Assembly: GCA_965153355.1 (NCBI GenBank)
Contig: OZ231126.1
Span: 23,126,001-23,190,000 of the forward strand
Length of the DNA stretch: 64,000 nt
Source: Flaccisagitta enflata
Lineage: Eukaryota
Direction: 5' to 3'
The notes beneath the pieces were generated by a model. That model was not told the origin of the DNA and ran no database searches. It saw only the letters and a list, made by a program, of their open reading frames with translations. Position 1 is the stretch's first letter. Each line of letters starts with the position of its first letter. This document shows positions 1 to 12,027 of the stretch, one piece after another. The position numbers and the translations under genes were made by a program.

Positions 1-149
1 TGAAATTGGACTTTGCCTTGATCAAAGCGAGCGGCAAAAAGCGGCCGAAACGCCAAAGCGGCCGACGCGGCCAGGACGATGTCACCGACCGCGGGACGTC
101 TTAGAACCATACATAAATCTCGTCCTCCTTAGATGAGAGAGAGAGAGAA

Positions 150-212
<63 letters not shown>

Positions 213-2010
213 ATACAGTAAAAGATGGGCAGAAGCTTTTAAGAGGAAGAACGGAGAATGAATGGCTTTGATTACTTTGAAGGGCAATCTTAAGTTTGCA
301 TTCAGACTATCATCACAGATGTGCAAGATTCTGTCAAAGTGCAATAAGTTGGTTTATACAGCGCAAACCATTTTAGTCACGTTATGGCCACCAATCGAAA
401 TTATTGATATAAAAACAGAAGTTGTTTACTGTTGTCGTAGCAAAAATCTCGTCTGTCACGTCCTCAAACTTTTGCCGGCTCTTACATTAAAATTTTGTTT
501 AAGCAGTTTTTACTTATCTAAACATTTACACAATGCCCAGGGGCATATGGAAAAGCCAACGGAAACTGACAAAAGTCAACGGACAATCAAAACAAGGCCG
601 TATACACGGCTACTGAAGTCGCGTGCGGGTGGGCAGGGTCCATATTTGAGGTCACTAGACCATTTGGGCAGAGGGCAGATACACGGCAAGAGAGTCGCGG
701 ACGGTTGGGCAGGGGCGGTGATGCAAAAATCGCTCAAAATTCAGAAATATTTGTAACCGACCTACTAACGTACCGACCTACCGACCGACAGGCCACTTTC
801 AGTGTCCATTCGATTCCAAGTATTCGCCTATTAAAGGGTCCATAAAACACCTCTATTTATTACAGGCGCGCGCTTCGCCTTGATTGAGGTGTTATAGAGT
901 TGATGCAAATTTCTGTCAATGCCAAAATGAAAAAAAAAATGTATTGAAATGAGATGAAGTGACTAAAGTTTTTTTGGTCTGTTTTATGCAACTTTTCGTC
1001 GCTCTTGGATCTGTTATAGCGGCGTGTGACTAAATGAAATTAGCGCAGTGCATGCCACGAATGAACCAGCTAATCTTCGATGCTCTTTCATTTGCAGCTT
1101 TATTGCAGCAGGAGGGAGTTTCAAGCGACGAGAAATGGTGTATGAATAAAACGTGCGTTGTCGCCATTTTAATGGCGTCTGAGTCTTTCCGGCGAAAACG
1201 GCGGCGTCGTCCTCTCATCTTTCATCGACGGCGCCTCGTATTTTTTCTCTCCCAATGGCGCCGGTTTTTGGGCAGCGGCCCCGAAGAGGACGAAGTCCTG
1301 TTGTTGTTGTTATAGCCAAAAGAAATCCAGTGATTAATTGTCAGCGATTAGTCATTTATTTATTCATCCCCCCCCCAGGCCCTCTCAAGCCTGAAATCTT
1401 CCCTCTCAAGCCTTGAATCTGCCCTCTCAGGCATAAAATCTGCCACTCTCAGGCCTGAAATTTTTCCTCTCAGATTCGAGGCCTGAGAGGGCAGATTTCA
1501 GGCCTGAAAGGGCCTGGAGGAGACAGACGGATGGACAGACAAATGAATAAACAAACAAACAAAAGTCCCCATGAGTTCTACATGACTTCGTCCCCTTCGG
1601 GCAATTGCGCAATTGCAATTGCACAAATACACAATTGTGCAATTACACAATGGCACAATGGCACAATTGCGCAATTACACAATTACGCAAGGCAGGGCAA
1701 TGGGTATCGCTGACCACATATTGTCCTTGGGCGACCTGTTGCGCTTCATACAACTCTACTTTTCGCCTTTTCCGGCGTCGGTCTCTGCCTCCGAGATGGC
1801 ACTTTGATTGAAAATAATCGCCACTTCTTCAGTCTCGCATACAGCCTTTAAAACCCGCTCAACGAGCCGTTGAAACTCAGTTTTAGTTTCCATTGTTGTC
1901 TAACGCCCATATTAAATCCCATTTTTTCCTCTTTCAAAGTTATTTGATCATTCTAAGAAATTTACGACCGTCTTCTTCTTCTTCTTCTTCTTCTTCGTCT
2001 TCTTCTTCTC

Positions 2011-2116
<106 letters not shown>

Positions 2117-3059
2117 TCTCTCTAGTTTACCAGTCTCCCGGTTCCAAATATGGCTTCAAAATTGTCGTATCTCTTAATAATCTGACGTAACCTCTCAGGC
2201 AAGATCGAGCTCCGTAATATTTCGTCGATTTGGTAGATTTGCGGTGTTAAACTTTTTTTTTCTTTTTAAATTCTTCTTTTCAAAAGTCCTTTCTTCTCGT
2301 CCGCTAATTCGCCCTGTAAATTAGTCCTTCGACTCAGAGGGTTGTCATTAGGCCATCCTTTATAAATTCTAAAAGGTTTTTGATCCTGCGCGCATTGGCC
2401 ACCCAAGATGACAAAAAGGAAAAAAAAAGAAACACCCAAGATGACAAAAAGGAAAAAAAAAGAAACTTCTTAGAACTTCTAGGTGACCTCCATGCTGTTC
2501 TTTAAACAAAGTTTTTAGTCGCGTGAACGCGACTCTACTACCCGCTCTGTCCGTCGGTCCGTCGGTCGGACAGTCCGTCTATCAGTAACGCTTAGCTTTT
2601 TTGGCGTTTACGGGCAGTTTTGGGGTTACTGCTCCTGCCCCATTGCTTGGATGGTCTATTTCTTCACTGCCCCTGCCCACCCGCACGCGTCTTAGGTAGC
2701 CGTATATCCGGCCTTTGAAATTGGCTGGTAAAAGCAGAAAGTTTGAAATATTTCTTTGTCTATTCAGTTTCAAAAGAACAAGAGCTATATATTGGGCACG
2801 ATCGCAAACAGAAAAAAACGAATAAAAAATGCGTTTTGTAAAAAAGAGAAAAATTTAAAAAAAACACTCAATCGCATATATGACCAAAGACTATTAAATT
2901 CAAAAGGGAATTTATGAGAAAAAGAATTTGTTGAGGGTCTTTTGGGTGATTTGGCCAACAGTTGGCTCCGCTTATGAACGCTTATTTTGACAGAAATGAC
3001 CTTAAAAATGGAAATAAATGAAAAGGGAAAAATATGAGCCGGAGAGAATGGGAGATGGG

Positions 3060-3151
<92 letters not shown>

Positions 3152-4560
3152 ACTGGGACAAAAACATTCTCATGAGACAGGAGCACACAAACGAGCACAC
3201 AAATACAGACAGACTGGAAAACTGAAAAAAAGAATAAAGATGGACAGCAGGACAGATATACGACGAACAGATAAACAAATACACAAACATGAGTATGACA
3301 TGGTGACCTTTCTGACTTCTTTTATTTATTTCTGGGCATTCGGCAACCAACTTTTTTCAACTACGAAAGTTTTTGTTTAAACAAGGCCAACAACTATAAG
3401 TCGCGTGCACACACACACACACACACACATACACACAAAATGAATGAATGAAATGAGGAGAAAGAAAAAACTGAAAAAAACAAAAACAATTTTACGATTT
3501 TTTTTCCGGTCGGCGAGAAGCCGCCTTTACTGGTATCTTACATCGAGAGAGGATGCATCTATTGGTCATCTCTTGGCCTTGTTTTGTTCTAATCTATTAA
3601 AAAAATCCCTCCAAACAAACTTTAGGGGGTAATAGTTGCAAAAGCGTTAGATGGTAAGCGGTACCCGTGCCCTGCCTAAGTTGGTTGTGGTTGAAGTTGG
3701 GGGGGGGGAGCAGGGCAGCGGCGAAGTCGATGGCCTATGCTTTCACACATATAGGGTTTTCTCCTCCTCTCTCACCTCCGTCCCCCCTCCAAATCCCAGT
3801 CCGGACCAAATCCCGTGTGAGGCTCAAGTCCAGCCTCAAGGCCCAAATCCTAGCCTCAAGGCCTAAATCCTAGCCTGGAGGCTGAGATTTGGGGGTTCCA
3901 GGCCAGGATCTGGGCCTCTTGGCTGAGATTTTGAAGCTCAGGCTGAGTTGGGCTTCACGGCTGAAATCTGGGCCTCCAGGCTAGGATCTGAAGCCTTGAG
4001 GCTAGTTGCAACTTGTGTTGTTGGGCCTTGAGGCTGGGATTTGGGCCTCAAGATTAGGATTTGGGCCTCCGGACTGGGATTTGAGGGGGGGGGACGTAGG
4101 AGGAGGAGGGAGGAGGAGAGAAAATCCCCATATGTGTGAAAGCATGGGTCATGTTGCCCCTTCGGGGCCGCTGCCCAAAAGCAATTGAACAACAACTGTA
4201 GCCACATATATTTTTGAAGTTATAAATACAATTTGACTTTAAAAACACAAAAAAAAGAAATTTTGCCATTGTCAAACGATTTATTCCATATTTTTTTTCA
4301 TCTCTGCCATTAATTTGTAGCAAATGTGTCAGAAAAGATATTTCACCAGGCCAGAAGTCTTGACAATTTTAGACGGCGTGAGCAGAAAGGCAGTGGCTGC
4401 AAGTAGCGTCTTCTCAGTAATTGATAAACAGGTGTCTTTTAAAGCAACAAGGATATAAGTGATGATTTAAAACCACTATCATACAAAATGATGGACATCA
4501 TACAGGGTGTTCAGCATTTGCTCATTTAATTCCTTATGTGGAATGTCACACAGGCCATAC

Positions 4561-4633
4561 CTCTGACAGAAACGTTTGAGCTGCTTTTTGCGCCCCGACA
4601 TGGAGAAGGTATTCGTAGACGTACAATGCCAAT
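4561..4633 (-). CDS. Ssdp: Single-stranded DNA-binding protein Ssdp/SSBP2-4 family, LisH-domain internal exon (partial gene; downstream exons lie left of the window)
   Basis: Minus strand ttccag|A TTG GCA TTG TAC GTC TAC GAA TAC CTT CTC CAT GTC GGG GCG CAA AAA GCA GCT CAA ACG TTT CTG TCA GAG|gtatgg translates as (K/R)[24 protein letters not shown], the near-invariant Ssdp LisH segment. 73-nt exon with AG/GT borders. The next exon (IRWEKNITLG...) was not found in 1-4560. Confidence 0.93.
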
Positions 4634-4757
4634 CTGGAATTGGAAAAGAATGAAAGTCAATTGCTATGAATCCTACAAAGAAAAAAAAACAAGGACGAAA
4701 ACATGGCTTCCTAGTCACGAGCGGGTGGGCAGGGGCAGTTTGCTTAAAAACTCATAA

Positions 4758-5068
4758 AACAGCGTGCCCACGAAGGCAACATTTCGAGTGTAAACTTGGG
4801 TCAAAATGAACAATATGTAAGAGTGAAAAAAAAAATAAATGAATAAAAGTGTTTGAGACAAGACATACATGATATATGGCAGCAAATTTTGCATCCATTT
4901 AGCAAGAAACTCGGATTTGGCACAAATCATTGAAGAAGATTGACTGAAAATTTCTACAAATTTCTTTTTTTGTCCACTGGTCAAAATAGAAATTTGCATA
5001 GAAAATGAAGAAATGAAAAAAACGAAGAACGAAGTTCTCTTCCCAAATCGTTTTTCGAGAGAACTACA
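4758..5068. repeat. Dispersed repeat with an inverted second copy at about 18980-19300
   Basis: AGCGTGCCCACGAAGGCAACATTT...TCTTCCCAAATCGTTTT matches the reverse complement of 18996-19300. Confidence 0.65.
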
Positions 5069-6570
5069 GTTAAATCCCACTTCAACGGAATTCAGGGGAC
5101 TAACAAATTTGATTTTTTATAGGCGGAATTTAGTTATAGCCAATCAAAAAAAAAAAAAAAAAAAAAAAAAAACTGGTTGAAGGGTCAAAGAAATAGTATC
5201 TGATAAAGGCAGAATTCCGTTAGAAATGTGTTTGTTGGAGCGAAGTTCTACGGAACGTTTCTGAAAATACAAAATTTTTCTCTGTGTGGCTCTTCTACAA
5301 TTTTGATCCTGGAAAGCAGAATTTCACTAAAAACCTGTATTTTCCTTCCTTTTTCCATGAGAATTGCTTAACATTGCTGAATATAGGGCATGATACACAT
5401 GGTATAACCTTGCTCCAACGTACCTGCTTCTAACGGAATTCCGCCTAATCAAATTTGTTGATCACTTGAATTCCGTTGAATGACGTCACTTGAATGACGT
5501 CATACATCAAAACAAGGTCATTAGACCTAAGTCGCGTGCGTCGGCACTTTCGAAAAAAGTCAGGCAGACAGACAGACAGACACATAGACATTTTTTTCAA
5601 AAATACATTTGAAACAGCTGTTTAACTCTTGAAGTTTCTTTTCTACTATTCAGAGACTAAAAAAACGCAATAAAAAACCTTTAAAACCTTTTTGTGACGG
5701 ACCGGTCTGCGTCGGGGGTGGTTTTTAGCCACGGTGATGGTGGTACTAACTGACCGACTGAAAAGTGAAAAGGTTATAGAGTCGCGTAGCACGCGACTTT
5801 AAAAAGTGAAAAACGACCCTAATCGACTACATGAAATAATAGGGCCTTGGATACACGGCTACAAAGTCGCGTGCGGGTGGGCAGGGGCCATAATAAAGGT
5901 CTTTTTAACAACTGGGCAGGAGCAGTACGCAAAAACCGCCCGTAAACGCCAAAAAAGCTAACGGAGACGGACCGACCGACCGACCGACATAGCGGTTCAT
6001 GGAGTCGCGTAGCACGCGACTAAAGAGTCGCGTAACACGCGACTGAAAAAAAAGACGCACCTTTCTATAATTTGATGAAACATACACAAAAATTTATTTG
6101 ATCCTTTATCAGAAGTGATTTTGAAGATTTCCATGTGACTGCAAAAGCAAATTTGGCAATGTTTTGATTCAACACAATGCCAAACAAAAAAGATAGAAAT
6201 ACCATGTTGGCGCCTAATGAAATGAATTTTGGGCTTTCTAAGAGCCTAAGAGTTTCGTATTTCATTTTGCCGCACAACATCAGTCAAAGTAAAAGTCCTT
6301 TGATGGGAGAGGTGTGTAACAGCACATCATAAGTTTAAAGAGAATGCTATGAAGATTTATTTCAGCAATACTATTGGTAATGAGAATCGAGAAAAATTCA
6401 TCTTGTACCGAGGTACACCAAAACGTTCTTGCAAACACGCAAAAGCGAATGTTTATTTAGCTGAGATTGCGCTTTTGTTTGTGCTTAGAAGAAATCATGA
6501 TGCGCGCAAAATCTTCAGTAAACTTATTCGAATTGCGCGCGTTAATGGAAATAGAAAGTAGAAATTGTAG

Positions 6571-6850
6571 CAGGGGCGTAGGGGAAGGTACTGCCACTAC
6601 TGCCATTGCAGTACCTTTTGTTGGGACACCAAAGTTGTCGGACACTAATTTCTTCTAGAAAAAAAAAAGAGCAGGTAGAAGGAAATAAAAAAATGAAAAA
6701 AAAAAAGAAACAAAAAAGAGAAAAAAGGGAGAGAGAAAGCAAAATCAAGTTATTTGTTGTGAAACAATGGCAGTAATTATTGTTTTTTACAGTTTTAGGA
6801 CATAAGATACCGGTTAAGTTTCTGTTGGGACACTAGATTTGTTAGACACA
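6571..6850. mobile_element. Probable hAT element left-end fragment
   Basis: Starts CAGGGGCGTA like the hAT at 49466 and carries TTGGGACAC/TCGGACAC subterminal motifs. No matching right end was found. It abuts the truncated left arm of the palindrome. Confidence 0.4.
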
Positions 6851-7218
6851 GATTGGAGGGTGGCAATATGTGAATTCCTTGATGAGAGGTGTTTTGCCCA
6901 TTTGAATGCTGAGAAGGTATTTGGTAAAAGATTTTTTGACCAAATCCAGATCATTGTTGATGTTTCCAGACCATTCATCATCTACCATTCCATCAATGAA
7001 GTTGACCAGTGTTTTTTTTCTGTGTTGGTTGTTTTCTTCTCCATCATCTGAACCACAGACTTCACTATCATTTTCTTCATCTCCAGTTTCATCCTCGTCC
7101 TCCTCCTCCTCCTCCTCCTCCTCAATATCATCCATTGTTTTCCACTCTTGACTTTTTTGGTAGCATGTTGTTTGTGGGACGTTCTTGGATGTAAATGGAC
7201 GTTAGAGTAATGTCACTC

Positions 7219-8586
7219 CTATTTATAGTGAAAATGTTGCAACAAATCCGGGATCAAATCGGCATATTTGAGGAAAATTGGCTTCATCTTTAGCAATATG
7301 ACCTGCTCCATTTCACTGAATAGATTTTGAACACGAGCCATTCTTTTAGGATTCTTTTTAGCACTTTGATGTGATCTGTCAATGTCCAACGGAGCTTGAC
7401 ATGATGGTTGGCTGACATGCAGATTATTCATCAAATTGATCATACGTGCCAAAGACATCAATGTGAAAGAATTAGAGCTATTTTTTAACCAAGCCTTGAT
7501 GTCATTCTCTTGAAGAAATTGAGCCAATTGACAGGACTGCCAATCAATATCAATTGGCTCTCTTTCATCCGCACAACGAGTGGCATCTTTTCTTCGCAAG
7601 AAGTTTTCCGGAAGGAAGAAGTAGAAGGGCCATGAACCGCGTGTCATTTCTTGAGAGTCATCTTGCGATTGGATAGATTGCTGATTTTGATCCATGGCAT
7701 CTACAGTATGATTGTTTTCGTTTGTAACATTTCATGACGACATAATTCTTAAAGTAAGTGAAATAATTGAATTCTGAAAAAAGACTAAAAGACTATGAAA
7801 ATACATTTTATAACATATCGATCAAAGGATCTATTTAGAAAAATCTGATTCTCTTGTGAAAAAAATGAACTACAGGACCAACTTGACAAGTTGTAAAATT
7901 GAAAAATTTGAGAAAATTTAACAGATGGACTGTTTACCTTTAAATTGTTCTCATTTCTAAACGGTTTGAGCTACACATGCCAGATTGGTCTCAAATTAAA
8001 GATAATTTGATCTAGTTTTAAGGTTTTTCTGATGAATGCTTTGATTTGATGTTTTGGTCTGATTTATTAACTATAGACACATGCTTTTTTTTGTTAAATT
8101 TAAATATGATCTCTCATTTCTTTAATGTTTTGTATGATATGTGTTTCCAAACAGGTTTCTTTCTTTTTATTTTCTAAAACTACTTCAAATTATCTTTCAT
8201 TTGAGACCAACCTGGTATTTGTGGGTCAAATCGTTTAGAAATAAGAGCAATCCAAAGAAAAAAAGTTTATTTCAAAAACACAAAAAACAGTTTATTTTAG
8301 CCAAATATGCCTTACAACTAATAGTAAGAAATCTGGATCAAAATTTTGTTGAAAAGTCTTGGGATTTTGATATCATTAAATGTATTTTAAATATCTTTCA
8401 CTACCTTTTTTCAGAATATGATTATCTCAACAAGTTTTCAAGTTATGTCGTCATGAAATGTTACAAACGAAAACAATCATACTGTATTTGCCCACCATAG
8501 TGTTGAGTTAGTTCACCATGTTTGTATTTGATATGTTTGTCGAGCCTTACATAGAACTTGTTGCATTCTATACAATGGCCCTTCAT
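7219..8586 (-). pseudogene. ORF2 of the palindromic element, zinc finger plus unknown domain, interrupted by a MITE
   Basis: Removing 7704-8484 plus one TA joins 8586-8485 (MKGHCIECNKFYVRLDKHIKYKHGELTQHYGGQI) in frame to 7701-7219 (DAMDQNQQ...QHFHYK*), giving 194 aa. The TAG aligns with TGG in the right-arm copy, so the ancestral ORF probably continued into the acidic 6842-7135 frame. Confidence 0.65.
7704..8484. mobile_element. Tc1/mariner-type MITE
   Basis: ~42-bp TIR CAGTATGATTGTTTTCGTTTGTAACATTTCATGACGACATAA, TA on both sides; the empty site is visible in the right arm (gcaaaTAgatacc, about 10431-10443). Confidence 0.92.
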
Positions 8587-8762
8587 GATTTTTGCTGTTT
8601 TTCCAAGTATGAAACAAAAGTCTTCAAATGGGTAATAAGGGCAATTTCACAAGGTGTTGGCCTTTTGGCTTTCGTGCATGAATTGTTTCCGTGAATTCTG
8701 CGAATATGGCGGTCCAGACGAGCAAAATATTTATTTTCACAATGGGGGCAAGATCCTTTCAT
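8583..8762 (-). CDS. 59-aa ORF1 with C2H2-type zinc finger (element-encoded)
   Basis: MKGSCPHCENKYFARLDRHIRRIH...KQQKS*, CxxC-x10-H-x4-H. TATAAAA about 46 nt upstream (8808-8814). Its TGA overlaps the ATG of ORF2 (ATGA, 8586-8583). Confidence 0.55.
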   Translation of the reverse strand: MKGSCPHCENKYFARLDRHIRRIHGNNSCTKAKRPTPCEIALITHLKTFVSYLEKQQKS

Positions 8763-8849
8763 GTTTTCTTCAAAATAGTGAATGTTAAAATTCTCAATGT
8801 TTGACCATTTTATACCCTGAAAAAATTTTGATGGGGCAATCGGTGCGCA

Positions 8850-10065
8850 ATCCAAGGAAAAATGGAAATATCCAGGGAAAAGTTTAAATATCCAAGGAAA
8901 AATGGAAATATCCAGGGAAAAGTGGAAATATCCAGGGAAAAATGGAAATATCCAGGTGGAAAAATGGAAATATCCAGGTGGAAAAGTGGAAATATCCAGG
9001 TGGAAAAGTGGAAATATCCAACGGAAAAGTGGAAATATCCAAGGGAAAAGTGGAAATATCCAGGTGGAAAAGTGGAAATATCCAGGTGGAAAAGTGGAAA
9101 TATCCAAGGGAAAAGTGGAAATATCCAGGAAAGTGAAATGTCCAGGAGGAAAAATGGAAATATCCAGGGAAGAGTGGAAGTATCCTGGGAAGAATTGGAA
9201 ATGGTGGAAATATCCACTATTTCACTTTCAGAAAAATGAAATATCAGTGGAAAAGTTGAAATATCTAAGGGAAAAGTGGAAATATCCAAGGGAAAAGTAT
9301 GGAAATATCCATGGGAAAAGTGGAAATAGTGGAAATATCCACTATTTCCACTTTTCCTGGGAAAAGTGGAAATATCCAAGGGAAAAGTAGGAAATATCCA
9401 GGTGGAAAGTGGAAATATCCAGGTGGAAAGTACGATAATAAGGGAAAGTGGATGCTCCACCTGGATATTTCCACTTTTCTACCTGGATATTTCCACTTTG
9501 AAATGGATATTTCCACTTTTCCCATGGATAGTTCCACTATTTCCACTTTTCCCATGGATATTTCCACTGTTCCACTTGGATATTTCCATTTTCCCTGGAT
9601 ATTTCCAATTTTCCACCTGGATACGTCGACATTTCCCTGGATATTTGCACTTTTCCCATGGATATTTCCACTTTTCCCTGGATATTTCCACTATTTCCAC
9701 TTTTCCCATGGATATTTCCACTTTTCCTGGAAAAGTGGAAATAGTGGATAATTCTACTATTTCCACTTTTCCCATGAATATTTCCACTTTTCCCATGGAT
9801 ATTTCCTGTTCCACTTTGTGAATAACACTTTTCCACCTGGATATTTCCTTTTCCTTGGATATTTCCACTTTTCCGCTTGGATAATTTCACTTTTCCACCT
9901 GGATATTTCCACTTTTCCCTTGGATATTTCCTTTTTCCCCTTGGTCTTTCCACTTTTCCACCTGGATATTTCCACTTTTCCCATGGATATTTCATTTTCC
10001 ACCTGGATATTTCCATTTTCCTTAGATATTTCCACTTTTCCCTGGATATTTCCATTTTCCTTGGA
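8850..10065. repeat. Inverted minisatellite core, ~21-22-bp unit GGAAAAGTGGAAATATCCAG(GT/G)
   Basis: Dozens of units on + from 8850-9430 and their reverse complements from 9456-10065, with local nested hairpins at about 9315-9360 and 9700-9770. Confidence 0.95.
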
Positions 10066-10159
10066 TTGCGCACCGATTGCCCATCAAAATTTTTAGCAGG
10101 GTATAAAATGGTCAAACATTGAGAATTTTAACATTTAATATTTTGAAGAAAAAGAAAAC

Positions 10160-11574
10160 ATGAAAGGATCTTGCCCCCATTGTGAAAATAAATATTTTGC
10201 TCGTCTGGACCGCCATATTCGCAGAATTCACGGAAACAATTCATGCATGAAAGCCAAAAGGCCAACACCTTGTGAAATTGCCCTTATTACCCATTTGAAG
10301 ACTTTTGTTTCATGCTAGGAAAAACAGCAAAAATCATGAAGGGCCATTGTATAGAATGCAACAAGTTCTATGTAAAGCTCGACAAACATATCAAATACAA
10401 GCCTTATGAACTAACTCCACACTATGGTGAGCAAATAGATACCATGGATCAAGATCAGCAATCTATCCAATAACAAGATGACTCTCAAGAAATGACTCGC
10501 GGTTCATGGCCATTCTACTTCTAACTTCTAGAAAACTTCTTGCGAAGAAAAGATGCCACTAGATGTGCGAATGAAAGAGAGCCAATTGATATTGATTGGC
10601 AGTCCTATCAATTGGCTAAATTTCTTCAAGAGAGAGGCAGACATCAGGCAGTTAAAAAACAATTCTTTCATTGATGTCTTTGGCACGTATGATCAATTTG
10701 ATGAATAATCTGCATGTCAGCCAACCATCAGTCGAAACTCGTTGGACATGTGATCACATCAGAAGTGCTAAATCTAAAATGGCTCGTTTTCAAAATCTGA
10801 CCATTGAGTGGAGGCAGGTCTGGCTGCAAAGATGGCCAATTTTCCTCAAATGCTGATTGTCGATTTCACAGCATTTCACTATAAGTGGGGTGCTCAACGT
10901 CCGTACATCCACAAGCTCACGGCTGCATGCTACCAAAGTCAGAGTGAAAACAATAAGGATATTGAGGAAGGAAGAGGGAAGAGAAGGAAGGAAGTGAAGG
11001 ATGGAGGCTGGAGATGAAAATGATAGTGAACTGTGGTTAGTGGAGAAAAGGCAACCAGCACAGAAAACAGGCATAGTCAGCTTCATTGATGGAATGTGGT
11101 AGATGACAATGGTCTGGAAACATCAGCAATGATCTGGATTTTGATCAACTTTATCTGTCTCAGCATTCAAATAGACAAACCCTACTCATCAGGGCCACCA
11201 ACGTAATCTGAGAAAATCAGTGATGAAATGTGCAAAGCTTAGCTGACTAATGTGGAAAGAATGAAGATGAGATCCAAGAAGCGGCCTTTGAAACAACATT
11301 TGAATCCTTTGAACAACGATTAGAAGATGTGGTTCGTGAAATCTATCGACAGCGTCAAATGGAAGAAGATGAAAGCCAAGAGGAGGAAAACCCAGAAAAT
11401 GCTAATGGACAAGCAGGAAATGGCCTATGGAAAAGAAAACACAATAAGAAAAAAAGTCATAAGCCCTGCAGAGAGCAGAAAGTTCTTCGACCTTTGACAG
11501 AATTGGAGTTGTATCAATCTCACCTAGCACTTAATAAAACTTTCAAACAAATTTCATTGTTAACTTTTTTGTAA
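10160..11574 (+). pseudogene. Degenerate right-arm copy of ORF1/ORF2 plus extra 3' sequence
   Basis: ATG at 10160 and ATGA at 10336-10339. Premature TAG in ORF1, TAA in ORF2, then many small indels. Continues past the point where the left arm is truncated. TATAAAA at 10102-10108 and AATAAA at about 11646. Confidence 0.6.
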
Positions 11575-11861
11575 CTTTGTACCTTCATTGTCAAGATATA
11601 AGAATTTCATTATTTTTTGTTAACTGTTACTGCAACATAATATGAAATAAATAAGAATTTGTTTAATCCATGCCCTTTTTTTTTTTGCTTTACTCATTTG
11701 TAAATGTAGATAAAACCGATAGCTATGTACTTAACCCAGCAAAGAAGTTCTGTCTGCCCAAAGCAAATTTTATTGCTCTATCAAAAAGGTGTCAAAACTG
11801 GAGAGTCTTTTGTTTTAGTCTTGAAGAACAGGATGCATCGGACTCACAATCTTTTTACGAC

Positions 11862-11926
<65 letters not shown>

Positions 11927-11964
11927 ATCTATATACAACATTGAGATCGACAGAGAGAGAGAGA

Positions 11965-12027
<63 letters not shown>

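Larger units (their letters stand above)
6845..11210. mobile_element. Giant imperfect inverted duplication (foldback/head-to-head element) carrying outward-facing zinc-finger ORFs
   Basis: 8487-9430 is the reverse complement of about 9460-10437; 6845-7701 is the reverse complement of about 10438-11210. The left arm has an extra MITE (7704-8484). Symmetry centre about 9445-9460 (GTGGA-tgc-TCCAC). Confidence 0.85.

Noticed and set aside
2400-2465. 33-bp direct duplication
   Set aside because: Simple local slippage with no further structure.
8810-10122. Many overlapping ORFs (WKYP/EISR/GYFHF repeats)
   Set aside because: Open in nearly all frames on both strands because the minisatellite unit lacks stops.
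6845-11210. Palindrome as a pure fold-back read artefact
   Set aside because: One arm has a MITE with a clean empty site in the other, and the repeat-unit order differs between arms; partial polishing error is still possible.
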